Shown here: positions 19,744 through 28,872 of the stretch, one piece after another
Layout: each line of letters opens with the position of its first letter
Position numbering within the stretch: the stretch's first letter is position 1
Position numbers and translations under genes: made by a program
The notes under the pieces: generated by a model
Told to the model about the DNA's origin: nothing
The model's input: the letters and a program-made list of their open reading frames with translations, nothing else
Databases searched by the model: none
NCBI GenBank assembly: GCA_016867315.1
Contig: VGJV01000001.1
Span: forward strand, 130,649-194,648
Source: Candidatus Liptonbacteria bacterium
GTDB taxonomy: Bacteria; Patescibacteriota; Minisyncoccia; UBA6257; 2-01-FULL-56-20
DNA: 64,000 bases
Direction of reading: 5' to 3'

Positions 19744-20216
19744 TGGTTATTTTAGGAATCGACCCAGGCACTCATCGTGTGGGTTATGGATTTATCGAGA
19801 GCGAGCAGGGTGAATGCCGCTATCTCGCTGCAGGATTGCTCGCGGTTGGGCGGGCACAGCCTCATGCACAACTCCAGAAAATCAAACAAGAGTTGGACTC
19901 CCTAATCCATACCTTCAGCCCTGAGGCGTTGGCGCTTGAAAAACTTTATTTCACTAAAAACCAGAGGACTGGGATTTCGGTAGCCCAAGCGCGCGGCGTC
20001 ATTCTTCTTGCGGCGGCAGAACACTCTCTTCCCGTCGCAGAGTTCGGCCCCAGCGAACTCAAAGCCCATCTTACCGGGTATGGCTCTGCGGATAAGGCAG
20101 CGGTTTTCAAGATGGTGAAGCTTAGTCTGCGGTGTCCCACTTTGGATGTTATCGACGATGCAAGCGATGCGCTGGCACTCGCACTCGTCGCGCACTTTAC
20201 TAAAAGTTTTGCATAA
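19743..20216 (+). CDS. ruvC: crossover junction endodeoxyribonuclease RuvC
   Basis: ILGIDPGTHRVGYG N-terminus with catalytic acidic residues. Confidence 0.85.
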   Translation: MVILGIDPGTHRVGYGFIESEQGECRYLAAGLLAVGRAQPHAQLQKIKQELDSLIHTFSPEALALEKLYFTKNQRTGISVAQARGVILLAAAEHSLPVAEFGPSELKAHLTGYGSADKAAVFKMVKLSLRCPTLDVIDDASDALALALVAHFTKSFA

Positions 20217-20242
20217 ATTAGCATGAACCCACGCCGTGGGGC

Positions 20243-20270
20243 TTGACAACTATTGTGGCTCCACTATAAC
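20243..20270 (+). promoter_or_regulatory. sigma70-like promoter, TTGACA-16 bp-TATAAC
   Basis: Read from sequence upstream of the small acidic ORF. Confidence 0.35.
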
Positions 20271-20369
20271 AAGTGAAGATGTTACAACGCTTGGGAAATC
20301 CCCGGCGATTCACTAGAAGCAAAAGGTCGAATCAGAACTATTCATTCTGATTCCAAACGGTATTTATTC

Positions 20370-20534
20370 ATGACACGGGATTCTTTAGAACTGCATTCGC
20401 GAGGTTTGAGCGACGAAGAGGATGACAGTGAGTCTCCAATGACTTTCGGGGAAGAATTGGAGGAGTCCTTGCTTCCGAACGAAGAGGAGGGGGGAGAGCA
20501 ACGCTACGAAGAACGCTTCGAATTCAGCGAATGA
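20370..20534 (+). CDS. small acidic protein (54 aa), hypothetical
   Basis: ATG..TGA ORF (MTRDSLELHSRGLSDEEDDSESPMTFGEELEESLLPNEEEGGEQRYEERFEFSE) bracketed by a promoter and a strong terminator; absent from the track (<60 aa). Confidence 0.25.
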   Translation: MTRDSLELHSRGLSDEEDDSESPMTFGEELEESLLPNEEEGGEQRYEERFEFSE

Positions 20535-20549
20535 TCCGTATGGTTCTTG

Positions 20550-20586
20550 CCCCGCCCCTCAAAGGGCGGGGTTTGTTGTTTCTTCC
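20550..20586 (+). terminator. intrinsic terminator, ccccgccc-ctcaaa-gggcgggg plus tttgttgtttctt
   Basis: 8-bp G/C stem followed by a U-rich tract. Confidence 0.55.
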
Positions 20587-20642
20587 GATCTAAATACATG
20601 GGGTTTTCACGAAGACTCTGAGAAGCTACAATAACGAGCGGA

Positions 20643-23150
20643 ATGACTTCACACACCCATCCGCATACCCCTCACCACACTCCCCACCCCCATATGTCGC
20701 GCCCTCGCTTTAAAAAGTGGCTGCGCAGGGGGATATTTTTTAGTCTAGGCGCTCTCCTTTTGGGCGTGGCTGCAGCATTTTTATTTTATTTTTCGCTTCG
20801 GAGAGATCTCCCTTCTGTGGAACAGATCCTCCATCGCCAAGTAGCCCAATCCACTAAGATTTACGATCGCACGGGGAAAATACTGCTCTATGAGATCAGC
20901 GGAGGAGAGCGACGCACTGTGGTGCCCATCGAGGATATCCCGAAACATCTTCAGGAGGCCACCATCGCAGTGGAGGATGAGAATTTTTATACCAATCCTG
21001 CGTTCGATTGGAAAGGAATTCTTCGCGCAGTATACGTAAACCTTCGCACGGGTAGTTTTTCTCAGGGGGCTTCTACTATTACTCAGCAACTTGCTCGAAA
21101 CGCATTCCTTACGCCCGAAAAGAGCGTGATCCGAAAACTTAAAGAACTTATTCTCGCCGTAGAAATTAATAAGCATTACACCAAGGAAGAGATTCTAGAG
21201 CTCTATCTCAATGAAATCCCTTATGGCCCCACCGCATATGGCGTCGAAGCCGCAACCCAAACCTTTTTTGGGAAAAGCGTGAAGGATATTTCTTTGGCAG
21301 AATCTGCCATACTCGCCGCCTTGCCCAAAGCTCCCACATATTATTCTCCGTGGGGAAGCCACCGCGCTCAACTGCTGGACCGAGCTCAATTTGTGCTTAA
21401 AAAGATGAAGGAGCTTGGATATATTTCTGAAACTGAATATCACGCCGCCCGCCAAGATCAAGTTACTTTTATTTCTCAGGGGCAGCTCATTAAAGCTCCG
21501 CATTTTGTAATGATGGTTCAGGATTACCTCACTCAAAAATACGGGGAGGACTTAGTGCGCCGCGGCGGACTCAAAGTAATCACCACTCTCGATTGGGAAC
21601 TCCAAGACCTCGCAGAGCGGGTGGTGCGAGCAGGAGTAGATCGAAATACTGCACTTTATGGGGGCTCGAATGCCGCGCTTGTAGCGCAAGATCCTAAAAC
21701 TGGACAGATCCTTTCTATGGTAGGTTCGCGAGATTATTTCGACACCGCAAATGATGGAAATTTTAACGTAGCCACGCAAGGGTTGCGCCAGCCAGGTTCT
21801 TCCTTAAAACCTTTTGTATATCTCACCGCTTTCGAAAAAGGATACGCCCCTCAAACAGTGATATTCGATACTCCCACGGAATTCGCGGCTCGCAATCCGG
21901 ACTGTCCCGTCGTTCCCACCTATCAACAGGAAGAAAATGGGGATGAGACGGGCTGTTTTCACCCCCGCAACTTCGATGGGACATTCCGAGGTCCTACATC
22001 TCTTCGGGAGGCTCTCGCCCACTCTCGGAATATTCCGGCAGTAAAATTACTTTATCTCGCCGGGGTGCGCGACGTTATTCAAAAAGCCTATGCCTTTGGA
22101 CTCTCCACGCTCACCAACCCAAGTGAATACGGTCTTTCTCTTGTTTTAGGAGGAGGTGCAGTGCATTTGAGCGATCTCGTTCAGGCTTACGCAGTCCTTG
22201 CTCAGGATGGGATTAAACACCCGCAGACGTATGTTTTAGAAGTTCGAGATGGCACCGGGGCGGTAATCGAAGCGTATCGAGAAGAGAGCCAAGAGGTTGC
22301 CCCAGCTCAAGCCGTGAGGCTCGTCAATGACATTCTCACTGACGTAGAAGCTCGGCGCGGACTTTTTGGAGGAAGTACCGCCTTTACCACTCTTCCTGAT
22401 CGGGATGTAGCACTAAAGACTGGGACATCGAATGATTACCGAGACGCATGGGCGATGGGGTTCACCCCCTCACTTGTGGTAGGGGTATGGGCAGGAAGAA
22501 ACGATAATGCCCCCATGCATAAGTTTGGGTCGAGTATTTTTGCTGCGGTCCCTATATGGCATGAATTTTTCTCAGCCGCACACAAAACTCGAAATTTTCC
22601 CGTGGAGGCTTTTGCTCAGCCCGAACCCGTAGCCCCTTCTAAACCTGTGCTCGGCGGAGATTATCTCACGAACAACGAACTTCATTCTATCCTTTATTAT
22701 GTGAATCGGAGCGATCCCACAGGCGCTCAACCCACAGACCCCTCCGAAGACCCCCAATTCGTGAACTGGGAAGCGGGCATCCTCACATGGGCCTCTCAGA
22801 ACCTCCCGAATTTTGCGCAATACAACAAAAACGCGCTGGTCGCCGGACTTATTCCCAAACTTGGAGGAATGGGCTTCCAAATAGAGACGCCTGCGAATGG
22901 TTCTCTCGTGCAAGGCAGCTTCCTTTTCCTTAAAGCCACTTTTTCGAGCCCCCGAGAAGCCTCAGAAATCCACATTCGCCTTAATGGGCAGCTCCTCGAA
23001 ACTATTCCGGGCCCTTTCCCATTGCAGAGTCCTTATCCTCTGCTTCGCACAATCCCCTTAGGAACTGGGCCACAACAAAATCTTTTGGAATTAGAAGCGG
23101 TGAACGGTACCGAACTTATTGCTAAAACCCATACGATCTTCTACCGCTAG
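20643..23150 (+). CDS. class A penicillin-binding protein (glycosyltransferase plus transpeptidase, PBP1A-type) with His/Pro-rich N-terminus and roughly 200-aa C-terminal extension
   Basis: GT51 motifs EDENFY, QGASTITQQLARN and RKLKE; transpeptidase SSLKP, SRN and KTGTS motifs. Confidence 0.85.
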   Translation: MTSHTHPHTPHHTPHPHMSRPRFKKWLRRGIFFSLGALLLGVAAAFLFYFSLRRDLPSVEQILHRQVAQSTKIYDRTGKILLYEISGGERRTVVPIEDIPKHLQEATIAVEDENFYTNPAFDWKGILRAVYVNLRTGSFSQGASTITQQLARNAFLTPEKSVIRKLKELILAVEINKHYTKEEILELYLNEIPYGPTAYGVEAATQTFFGKSVKDISLAESAILAALPKAPTYYSPWGSHRAQLLDRAQFVLKKMKELGYISETEYHAARQDQVTFISQGQLIKAPHFVMMVQDYLTQKYGEDLVRRGGLKVITTLDWELQDLAERVVRAGVDRNTALYGGSNAALVAQDPKTGQILSMVGSRDYFDTANDGNFNVATQGLRQPGSSLKPFVYLTAFEKGYAPQTVIFDTPTEFAARNPDCPVVPTYQQEENGDETGCFHPRNFDGTFRGPTSLREALAHSRNIPAVKLLYLAGVRDVIQKAYAFGLSTLTNPSEYGLSLVLGGGAVHLSDLVQAYAVLAQDGIKHPQTYVLEVRDGTGAVIEAYREESQEVAPAQAVRLVNDILTDVEARRGLFGGSTAFTTLPDRDVALKTGTSNDYRDAWAMGFTPSLVVGVWAGRNDNAPMHKFGSSIFAAVPIWHEFFSAAHKTRNFPVEAFAQPEPVAPSKPVLGGDYLTNNELHSILYYVNRSDPTGAQPTDPSEDPQFVNWEAGILTWASQNLPNFAQYNKNALVAGLIPKLGGMGFQIETPANGSLVQGSFLFLKATFSSPREASEIHIRLNGQLLETIPGPFPLQSPYPLLRTIPLGTGPQQNLLELEAVNGTELIAKTHTIFYR

Positions 23151-23157
23151 CTCGCTC

Positions 23158-24267
23158 CTACGTCTTAAGGATAGGTTTCACTATGTATTGATAGGAAGCA
23201 TCCCCCACCGAACGAAAGAGGGCGGGGGTGTGTTCATCGTTCAAGCCTATAAACAGTTCTCCGCCGCGGGCTACGCGAAGCATATCGTGCACATATCGGC
23301 CATTAAAAAGCACCTCTCCATTTTCTCCTTGGATTTTTGCAGGAAGCATATATACATTTTCCCCCACTCCTTGAGAGGAGGAGCTTATCTCCACCGCTTT
23401 TTGATCTTTTGAAAATACTAGGCGAACCTCACTCGCTCGATCGTGAAACACACTGGCTAACTTTAAAGCCTCGATAAGATCTTCTTTTCCTACAGTAAGC
23501 TCGCTTTCGAAGGAAGCTGGAATGATGGCGGAGTATTCAGGGAATCTGCCCTCTACAAGCCGGGAGATACACTCCGCATTGGGCGTGGTGAAAAGGATTT
23601 GATTGTCATCCACATATATTTTTACATTCTCCCCTTCTTTTATCAGCCTCAAGAGTTCTTGGCTGGTTTTTAGGGGGATAAGTATTTGGAATTCTTCCCC
23701 AATATTTGAAGAGAATCGGGTGGAGGGGATTTGCTGTTCCGCTAAGCGAAAGCTGTCAGTGGCAGCGAGCGTGATGAGTTGTGGAGTAAAACGAAATGAA
23801 ACACTGTTTAGTTCTGGGCGAAGGTCAGAAAATTCGGTAGCAATGAGCACTCCTCCCAGAGCGTCCTTCAGCACCTCTGCCTTGCATTCAATGTATTTCT
23901 CCGTGTTTTTTATTTTGGGAATAATCGGAAAGTCTTCGGCGGATAAGCTTTGGAACGACGCGCGGTAGTTGTCAGAAGTAAGCGCGATGCTTTGTCCTTT
24001 TTGCTCTAGATTTACCCGTTCGCTCCTCAGTACGCTCAAGACCTCCCCGAAAGCTCGCGCGGGCACTGTGATTTTTCCATTTTCGATTACTTTTCCCGAT
24101 ACCCCATACTGAATCGCGATTTCTAGATTCGTACCCACAAGTGTAAGTTTATTGTTGTTTGCCTCGATGAGAATACTTTTTAAGATCGGAAGCGTGTCTC
24201 CGCCCGCAGCTCGGCTCACTGCGGCGATTCCTTCCATAATAGCTTCTCTTAAGGCGACGGCTTTCAT
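23158..24267 (-). CDS. dnaN: DNA polymerase III beta subunit (sliding clamp)
   Basis: Three-domain clamp pattern, and it sits immediately downstream of dnaA. Confidence 0.85.
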   Translation of the reverse strand: MKAVALREAIMEGIAAVSRAAGGDTLPILKSILIEANNNKLTLVGTNLEIAIQYGVSGKVIENGKITVPARAFGEVLSVLRSERVNLEQKGQSIALTSDNYRASFQSLSAEDFPIIPKIKNTEKYIECKAEVLKDALGGVLIATEFSDLRPELNSVSFRFTPQLITLAATDSFRLAEQQIPSTRFSSNIGEEFQILIPLKTSQELLRLIKEGENVKIYVDDNQILFTTPNAECISRLVEGRFPEYSAIIPASFESELTVGKEDLIEALKLASVFHDRASEVRLVFSKDQKAVEISSSSQGVGENVYMLPAKIQGENGEVLFNGRYVHDMLRVARGGELFIGLNDEHTPALFRSVGDASYQYIVKPILKT

Positions 24268-24402
24268 AATAATTATTTATTTAATACTTAAAGATTATTG
24301 TTACTGTGGATGCTGTTGGTGTTGTGTGTATGTGGATGAGTTTGAGAGATCTTATATTTATGAAGGCTTTTTCATGAAGATCTCGTGGGGATGGGTTGGG
24401 GA
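24268..24402. promoter_or_regulatory. dnaA-dnaN intergenic region with oriC-like features
   Basis: DnaA-box-like TGTGGATGC (24305-13) and TGTGGATGA (24331-39), an AT-rich tract, and GATC sites at 24348, 24379 and 24401 plus a fourth at 24427 just inside the dnaA 3' end. Confidence 0.4.
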
Positions 24403-25761
24403 TCAAACCTTGTATATCATGTCTTTGATCATAAGGATTTTCTGGTTAAGAAGGGCGAACTTGTTCACATCTCGGCTGATTTTTTCGAATGAATGGATGG
24501 CGGTGGTGTGATCTCTCCCCAACCTTTCCCCAATGGATGGGTACGATAATTCCAACATATCCCGAAGAAGGTACATCGCGATTTGACGGGGTTCCACCAC
24601 CTCTTTCCGCCGGTTGTGGCTGATTAAATCTTCGACGGTGATGTTAAAGAACTCTGCTATAGCCTTGAGGATCTGCCCGTCGGTTACCCGGCGGGAAAGA
24701 TTTTGAACAGACTTTTCGATTATTTCTTCAGCGGCGGATTCGGTGATGGGGGCTTGTTTGCGTTCTTGGTAGAAGAGAATTTTATTTAATATCCCCTCTA
24801 GCTCACGAATATTTTTCTTTACGCGCTTGGCAACCACGTCTACCACCTCATCCGGAAGGATGCGGCTCATCTCTTGGAGTTTGCTTTTGATGATCGCTAC
24901 TCTCATTTCGTACTCCGGATAGCTTATATCCGCGATTAATCCCCCTTCAAAGCGAGAGCGGAGCCGTTCCTCAAGTGTGGGAATGGATTGAGGAGGGCGG
25001 TCCGAAGAGATAATGATTTGTTTGTTGTGCTCATAAAGCGCATTAAAGGTGTGAAAAAACTCCTCCTCTGTTTTTTCTTTGCCCCCGATGAACTGAATGT
25101 CGTCGATAATGAGCAGGTCTACATCCCGATATTTCTTTTTAATATCCTCCATCCTTTTGTTTCGGATTGCCCATACGACGTCGCTCGTAAATTTCTCGGA
25201 TGGAACGTACTTGGGGCGGATTTGGTTGTTATATTTCTTTTTTACCTCATTGCCGATTGCCTGAATAAGGTGGGTTTTGCCTAATCCTACTCCTCCGTAT
25301 ACGAAGAAAGGGTTATATTTGGTACCTACATCGTTTACTATCGCCGAAGCTGCAGCGAAGGCGAGCTCATTCGAGGGGCCTACCACGAAGGAGGAGAGGG
25401 TGTAGCGGGGATTGAGATTGGTTTCGGGATCGATTTTGAGTTCCAGCCCCATATGGGCCTCCAATCGTTCTACTCTGGGTGCAATAGGCGCAAGCTTTTC
25501 AGTGGTGGCGACGTGCTGCGGGGCCACTACAAACTCCAGTTTTCTCGCGGAATTATCGAAGTTTCGGATTATTCCCAAGAGATTCTTCTGATATTTGTTC
25601 TCTACCCACTCCTTCGCGAAATTATTAGGGAGTGCTATGTATAATGTGCCTTCCTGCTTATCTACCAATCTACTTTGCTTCAACCAGGTGGAGAAATTCG
25701 CACGTGAGAGCTGCACCTCCATCTCTGCAAGGGTGGACTGCCATAAGTCTTCTAAGTTCAT
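24403..25761 (-). CDS. dnaA: chromosomal replication initiator protein DnaA
   Basis: AAA+ motifs GGVGLGKTHL and IDDIQFI with a C-terminal DnaA-box binding HTH. Confidence 0.9.
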   Translation of the reverse strand: MNLEDLWQSTLAEMEVQLSRANFSTWLKQSRLVDKQEGTLYIALPNNFAKEWVENKYQKNLLGIIRNFDNSARKLEFVVAPQHVATTEKLAPIAPRVERLEAHMGLELKIDPETNLNPRYTLSSFVVGPSNELAFAAASAIVNDVGTKYNPFFVYGGVGLGKTHLIQAIGNEVKKKYNNQIRPKYVPSEKFTSDVVWAIRNKRMEDIKKKYRDVDLLIIDDIQFIGGKEKTEEEFFHTFNALYEHNKQIIISSDRPPQSIPTLEERLRSRFEGGLIADISYPEYEMRVAIIKSKLQEMSRILPDEVVDVVAKRVKKNIRELEGILNKILFYQERKQAPITESAAEEIIEKSVQNLSRRVTDGQILKAIAEFFNITVEDLISHNRRKEVVEPRQIAMYLLRDMLELSYPSIGERLGRDHTTAIHSFEKISRDVNKFALLNQKILMIKDMIYKV

Positions 25762-25922
25762 AAAAGCAGGAGAAGAATATTCGCGACTAATGAGTTCATT
25801 GTAGGGAGATTTTGAAGGCAGTCAAAAGGGGTGCAAGCTCCTCGTCTGTGGATTTTCTGTGAATAGTGCATTTTTCAATTCTTTTTTTGGCAAAAGTTTC
25901 TCCTTGTGGTAGAGTGGGAGGC
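25762..25922. promoter_or_regulatory. dnaA/rpmH divergent region with DnaA-box-like motifs and a putative rpmH promoter
   Basis: TGTGGATTT (25847-55) and TGTGAATAG (25858-66). TTGGCA-17-TAGAGT (25887..25915) is followed by a GGGAGG RBS. Confidence 0.4.
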
Positions 25923-26057
25923 ATGTCGCGAACGTATCAACCAAAAAAGAAGAAGCGAGCCCGAACCCATGGCTTTCTTTCGAGGCAACGGCGCCCTGGT
26001 GGGCGGGCAGTTTTGCGTCGGAGGCGGGCGAAAAAGCGCTATTCGCTTACTGTGTAG
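25923..26057 (+). CDS. rpmH: 50S ribosomal protein L34
   Basis: [44 protein letters not shown] is a canonical L34. Confidence 0.85.
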   Translation: MSRTYQPKKKKRARTHGFLSRQRRPGGRAVLRRRRAKKRYSLTV

Positions 26058-26059
26058 GG

Positions 26060-26392
26060 ATGCTGCCGCGAAAGAAGAGGGCGACCGTGCCTGCGGTGCT
26101 CCGAGGAAGGCCAAAAACTCTCTACGCGTCTCCAAGTTTTATAGTTAAGGGAGTTCGTAATGCGGTGGGATATGGCAGATTTGGAGTAGTGGTGAGTCTT
26201 GGTGTGGATCGCCGCGCTACTCGACGCCATATGTTGAAGCGAATCGTGCTCAATGCAGCACGATCTTTCCCTCCCAGTTTTTCGTTAGACCTCATTTTTA
26301 TTTTAGGACGGCACTCTACGGAGCTTTCTCGAGCAGCGCTTCACGAGGAAGTGTTAAAAACCCTCGGGAAAGTGTCCCGGCAGTTCCCCTAA
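26060..26392 (+). CDS. rnpA: RNase P protein component
   Basis: Basic ~110-aa protein directly after rpmH, with an RNR-like basic motif. Confidence 0.8.
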   Translation: MLPRKKRATVPAVLRGRPKTLYASPSFIVKGVRNAVGYGRFGVVVSLGVDRRATRRHMLKRIVLNAARSFPPSFSLDLIFILGRHSTELSRAALHEEVLKTLGKVSRQFP

Positions 26393-26401
26393 TAAGCAGC
26401 A

Positions 26402-27109
26402 ATGGAATATCTTTATAATACATTCTTATATCACCCTTTCCTTAATGCGCTGGTGCTTCTTTATAACACCGTAGCATTTCAGGATTTGGGAATCGCAATT
26501 ATTTTTTTAACTATTCTTATTCGGGTCGTTCTTTTTCCTCTTTTCCAGAAAAGCGTTCGTCATCAGGCAGTGATGCAACGCCTGCAGCCTGAAATCAAGA
26601 AAATTCAGGTTAAATATCCCAAGGATCGTGAGCAGCAGGCTAAGGAAATGCTTGCGCTCTATAAATCACACCAACTGAATCCTTTTTCAGGGTTCTTCCT
26701 TCTTCTTATTCAACTGCCTGTGCTTATCGCTTTATATCAGGTTTTTGTCAGTATTTCTGACCCGCAAACTTTAGCGCATGGAATATATCCTTTTGTGCAA
26801 ATTCCTGCGGAGTTGAAAGCCACCTTCCTCGGCTTGATTAATTTGAAGGCCCAGAGTATCTTCATGGTGGGTTTAGCGGCTTTTGCCCAATATTTACAAG
26901 GCCGCGCGGCGCTTCCTCCTCATGCGCCGGGGGACTCTTTAAGTGACGCGGAGCGAATGGGAAGGAATATGGTGTATATTGCTCCCATTCTTACTCTTCT
27001 TATTTTCTGGAGTTTTCCTGCGGCGGTCAGCTTGTATTGGTTGGTGAGTTCGATGGTGTCTATTGGACAACAGGTTATCGTGAACCGAGAACTTCGTATA
27101 AAGCAATGA
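26402..27109 (+). CDS. yidC: membrane protein insertase YidC (short, Gram-positive/Oxa1-like form)
   Basis: Multi-TM protein of the YidC/Oxa1 pattern in the conserved rpmH-rnpA-yidC-jag order. Confidence 0.8.
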   Translation: MEYLYNTFLYHPFLNALVLLYNTVAFQDLGIAIIFLTILIRVVLFPLFQKSVRHQAVMQRLQPEIKKIQVKYPKDREQQAKEMLALYKSHQLNPFSGFFLLLIQLPVLIALYQVFVSISDPQTLAHGIYPFVQIPAELKATFLGLINLKAQSIFMVGLAAFAQYLQGRAALPPHAPGDSLSDAERMGRNMVYIAPILTLLIFWSFPAAVSLYWLVSSMVSIGQQVIVNRELRIKQ

Positions 27110-27543
27110 ATTTCGAAACTTTCGTACAACAAATTTTGGAACGCATGGGTTTTCGAGATTTTCGCGTGGAAATCAAAGAGGATAATCGCGGAGAGATCTT
27201 TATTTATGAAAACCAGACTTTGGTCAAGGAATTTTTGCCGGTTTTGGTGATGAGTGTGAACCACCTCGTGCAGCTTGTGGCGAGGAAACAGGAGGTCCCC
27301 GCAATAGTTTTCGATGTGAATAATTATCGTCAGGAAAGAGAAAATTTGATTGCGGAGCTCGCTAAGGCAGCAGCGAAGAAAGTGCACGCCACAAAGTCCG
27401 CAGTGGCTCTGCCGGCCATGAACTCCTATGAGCGGCGGATAGTACATACTGCGCTCGCCGTGCATCCCGAGGTGGTGACCGAAAGCATAGGAGAGGGGAA
27501 AGATAGATACGTGATAGTGAAGCCTATTCCAGAAAATAAGTAG
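27106..27543 (+). CDS. jag: Jag/KhpB RNA-binding protein (KH plus R3H)
   Basis: Starts at MNFETF (internal to track ORF 27037..27543); R3H-like C-terminus RRIVHTALA; conserved position after yidC. Confidence 0.7.
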   Translation: MNFETFVQQILERMGFRDFRVEIKEDNRGEIFIYENQTLVKEFLPVLVMSVNHLVQLVARKQEVPAIVFDVNNYRQERENLIAELAKAAAKKVHATKSAVALPAMNSYERRIVHTALAVHPEVVTESIGEGKDRYVIVKPIPENK

Positions 27544-27679
27544 GCTATTTTAGGGCGGCGCAATCCGCAATAATGTGCGGCACGGATTTTTACTGCTGTA
27601 AAAATACTCTTGCTCCCGCCGCCTCGGTCCGCACGGCCGCACATCACTGCGGTTCGCCTTCTTTAGTGATCCCTTGCCT

Positions 27680-28870
27680 CTACTTCAGCGGAATTGAGTA
27701 GAGTCTGTTGTCGTGCCGGTTTTTGAAATACAGAGTGGAGTTCGAGAAATACAGCCGGGTGCCGTCTAGAGGAGAGTCGGGGGTGGGAAGAATTTGAGTA
27801 GTTCCATCTGCAAGATTAATTTTGTACAGTTTGTCGGAGGTTAGCACCGCCCCTTTGAAGTATGAGTCTGGAAGCATCGCGGTTTTCCAGTCGAGTGAAT
27901 CGTTTGGTACTGCACATACGAGGGTCCGGAGAGTAGTGGTGGCAGTGGGACGCAAGTTACTCATCGCGCATTTTTCCGGGAGCGTAAGAAAAGAAAGTTC
28001 TTCTTCTATTTCACCTTTCAAGGAGAGAAGGAAGAGAGAGCCATTCTTTCCGAACTTATCTACTGTGAACGCTAATCCTTGGGTGACGCTTCCCTTCCCC
28101 CAGTTCATAGTGAGTCCATATTGATCCAGGGCAAATTGCGACAGAAGGCGGGTTTTTATATCAAATGCCCACGCGGAGCTAGGGACGAGGCCGCTCGGAC
28201 GTTCCCAAAGTAAAATTTGGTTAGGAGAGGGCCAGGTGAGAATGAGATTTTTGAGGCGGCTCTTAAAAAGTTCTTGCGGTTTCGCGCGAGGATCGGCCAC
28301 ATCAATTGTGCCCAGAGTGAGTACGCCCCCTTTTTCCGCCAGGTAGGCAATGCGAGTATCCGTGGGAGACCAGGCGGCATCGAGGATTTGCAAAGGAAGA
28401 GACTGCCACGTTTTGGTTCTTATATCAAAGAGGCCTGCTTCGAACCCCGTTTCTCCTCCTCCAAAAAGGGTAAGTAGCCTTAGGCTATCGGGAGCAAAGG
28501 TAGACTTGCGGAGATTGGAAATGGGAGTAGGGCTCAGGGTACTCACTCCTCCTACGCGGACCTCTACGATTTTTCCATCTGGTTCGAGTGCAATTATTCC
28601 CCCATCGGGTTTTACCGCAAAGTCCCATACGGGGTTTGTATAGAGAAGCTTCACCGGCCCGGTTTGCGGGGGAGGGAGAACGGGCGAGATGGCGGGAGTG
28701 GTAGGAGTGGTGCTCGCTGGAGTCGTTCGCGACGCGGGGGCTAGTGGTAGGTCGGTTCCCGGAGCGGGCTCGGGAAGAGGGGTCGGACTTTCATATCGGA
28801 AGTAGAAAAACGCTCCGATGATAAGACCGAGTACTACCAAAAAAATGAGGAGGTACAGAAGGCGTTTCAT
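27680..28870 (-). CDS. membrane-anchored Pro/Thr-rich protein with a TolB/PD40-like beta-propeller domain; last gene of the T4SS-like operon
   Basis: N-terminal TM, a PT-rich linker, then repeated WSPDG/IAY-like propeller motifs (AWSPTDTRIAYLAEKGG). Confidence 0.35.
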   Translation of the reverse strand: MKRLLYLLIFLVVLGLIIGAFFYFRYESPTPLPEPAPGTDLPLAPASRTTPASTTPTTPAISPVLPPPQTGPVKLLYTNPVWDFAVKPDGGIIALEPDGKIVEVRVGGVSTLSPTPISNLRKSTFAPDSLRLLTLFGGGETGFEAGLFDIRTKTWQSLPLQILDAAWSPTDTRIAYLAEKGGVLTLGTIDVADPRAKPQELFKSRLKNLILTWPSPNQILLWERPSGLVPSSAWAFDIKTRLLSQFALDQYGLTMNWGKGSVTQGLAFTVDKFGKNGSLFLLSLKGEIEEELSFLTLPEKCAMSNLRPTATTTLRTLVCAVPNDSLDWKTAMLPDSYFKGAVLTSDKLYKINLADGTTQILPTPDSPLDGTRLYFSNSTLYFKNRHDNRLYSIPLK

Positions 28871-28872
28871 CG

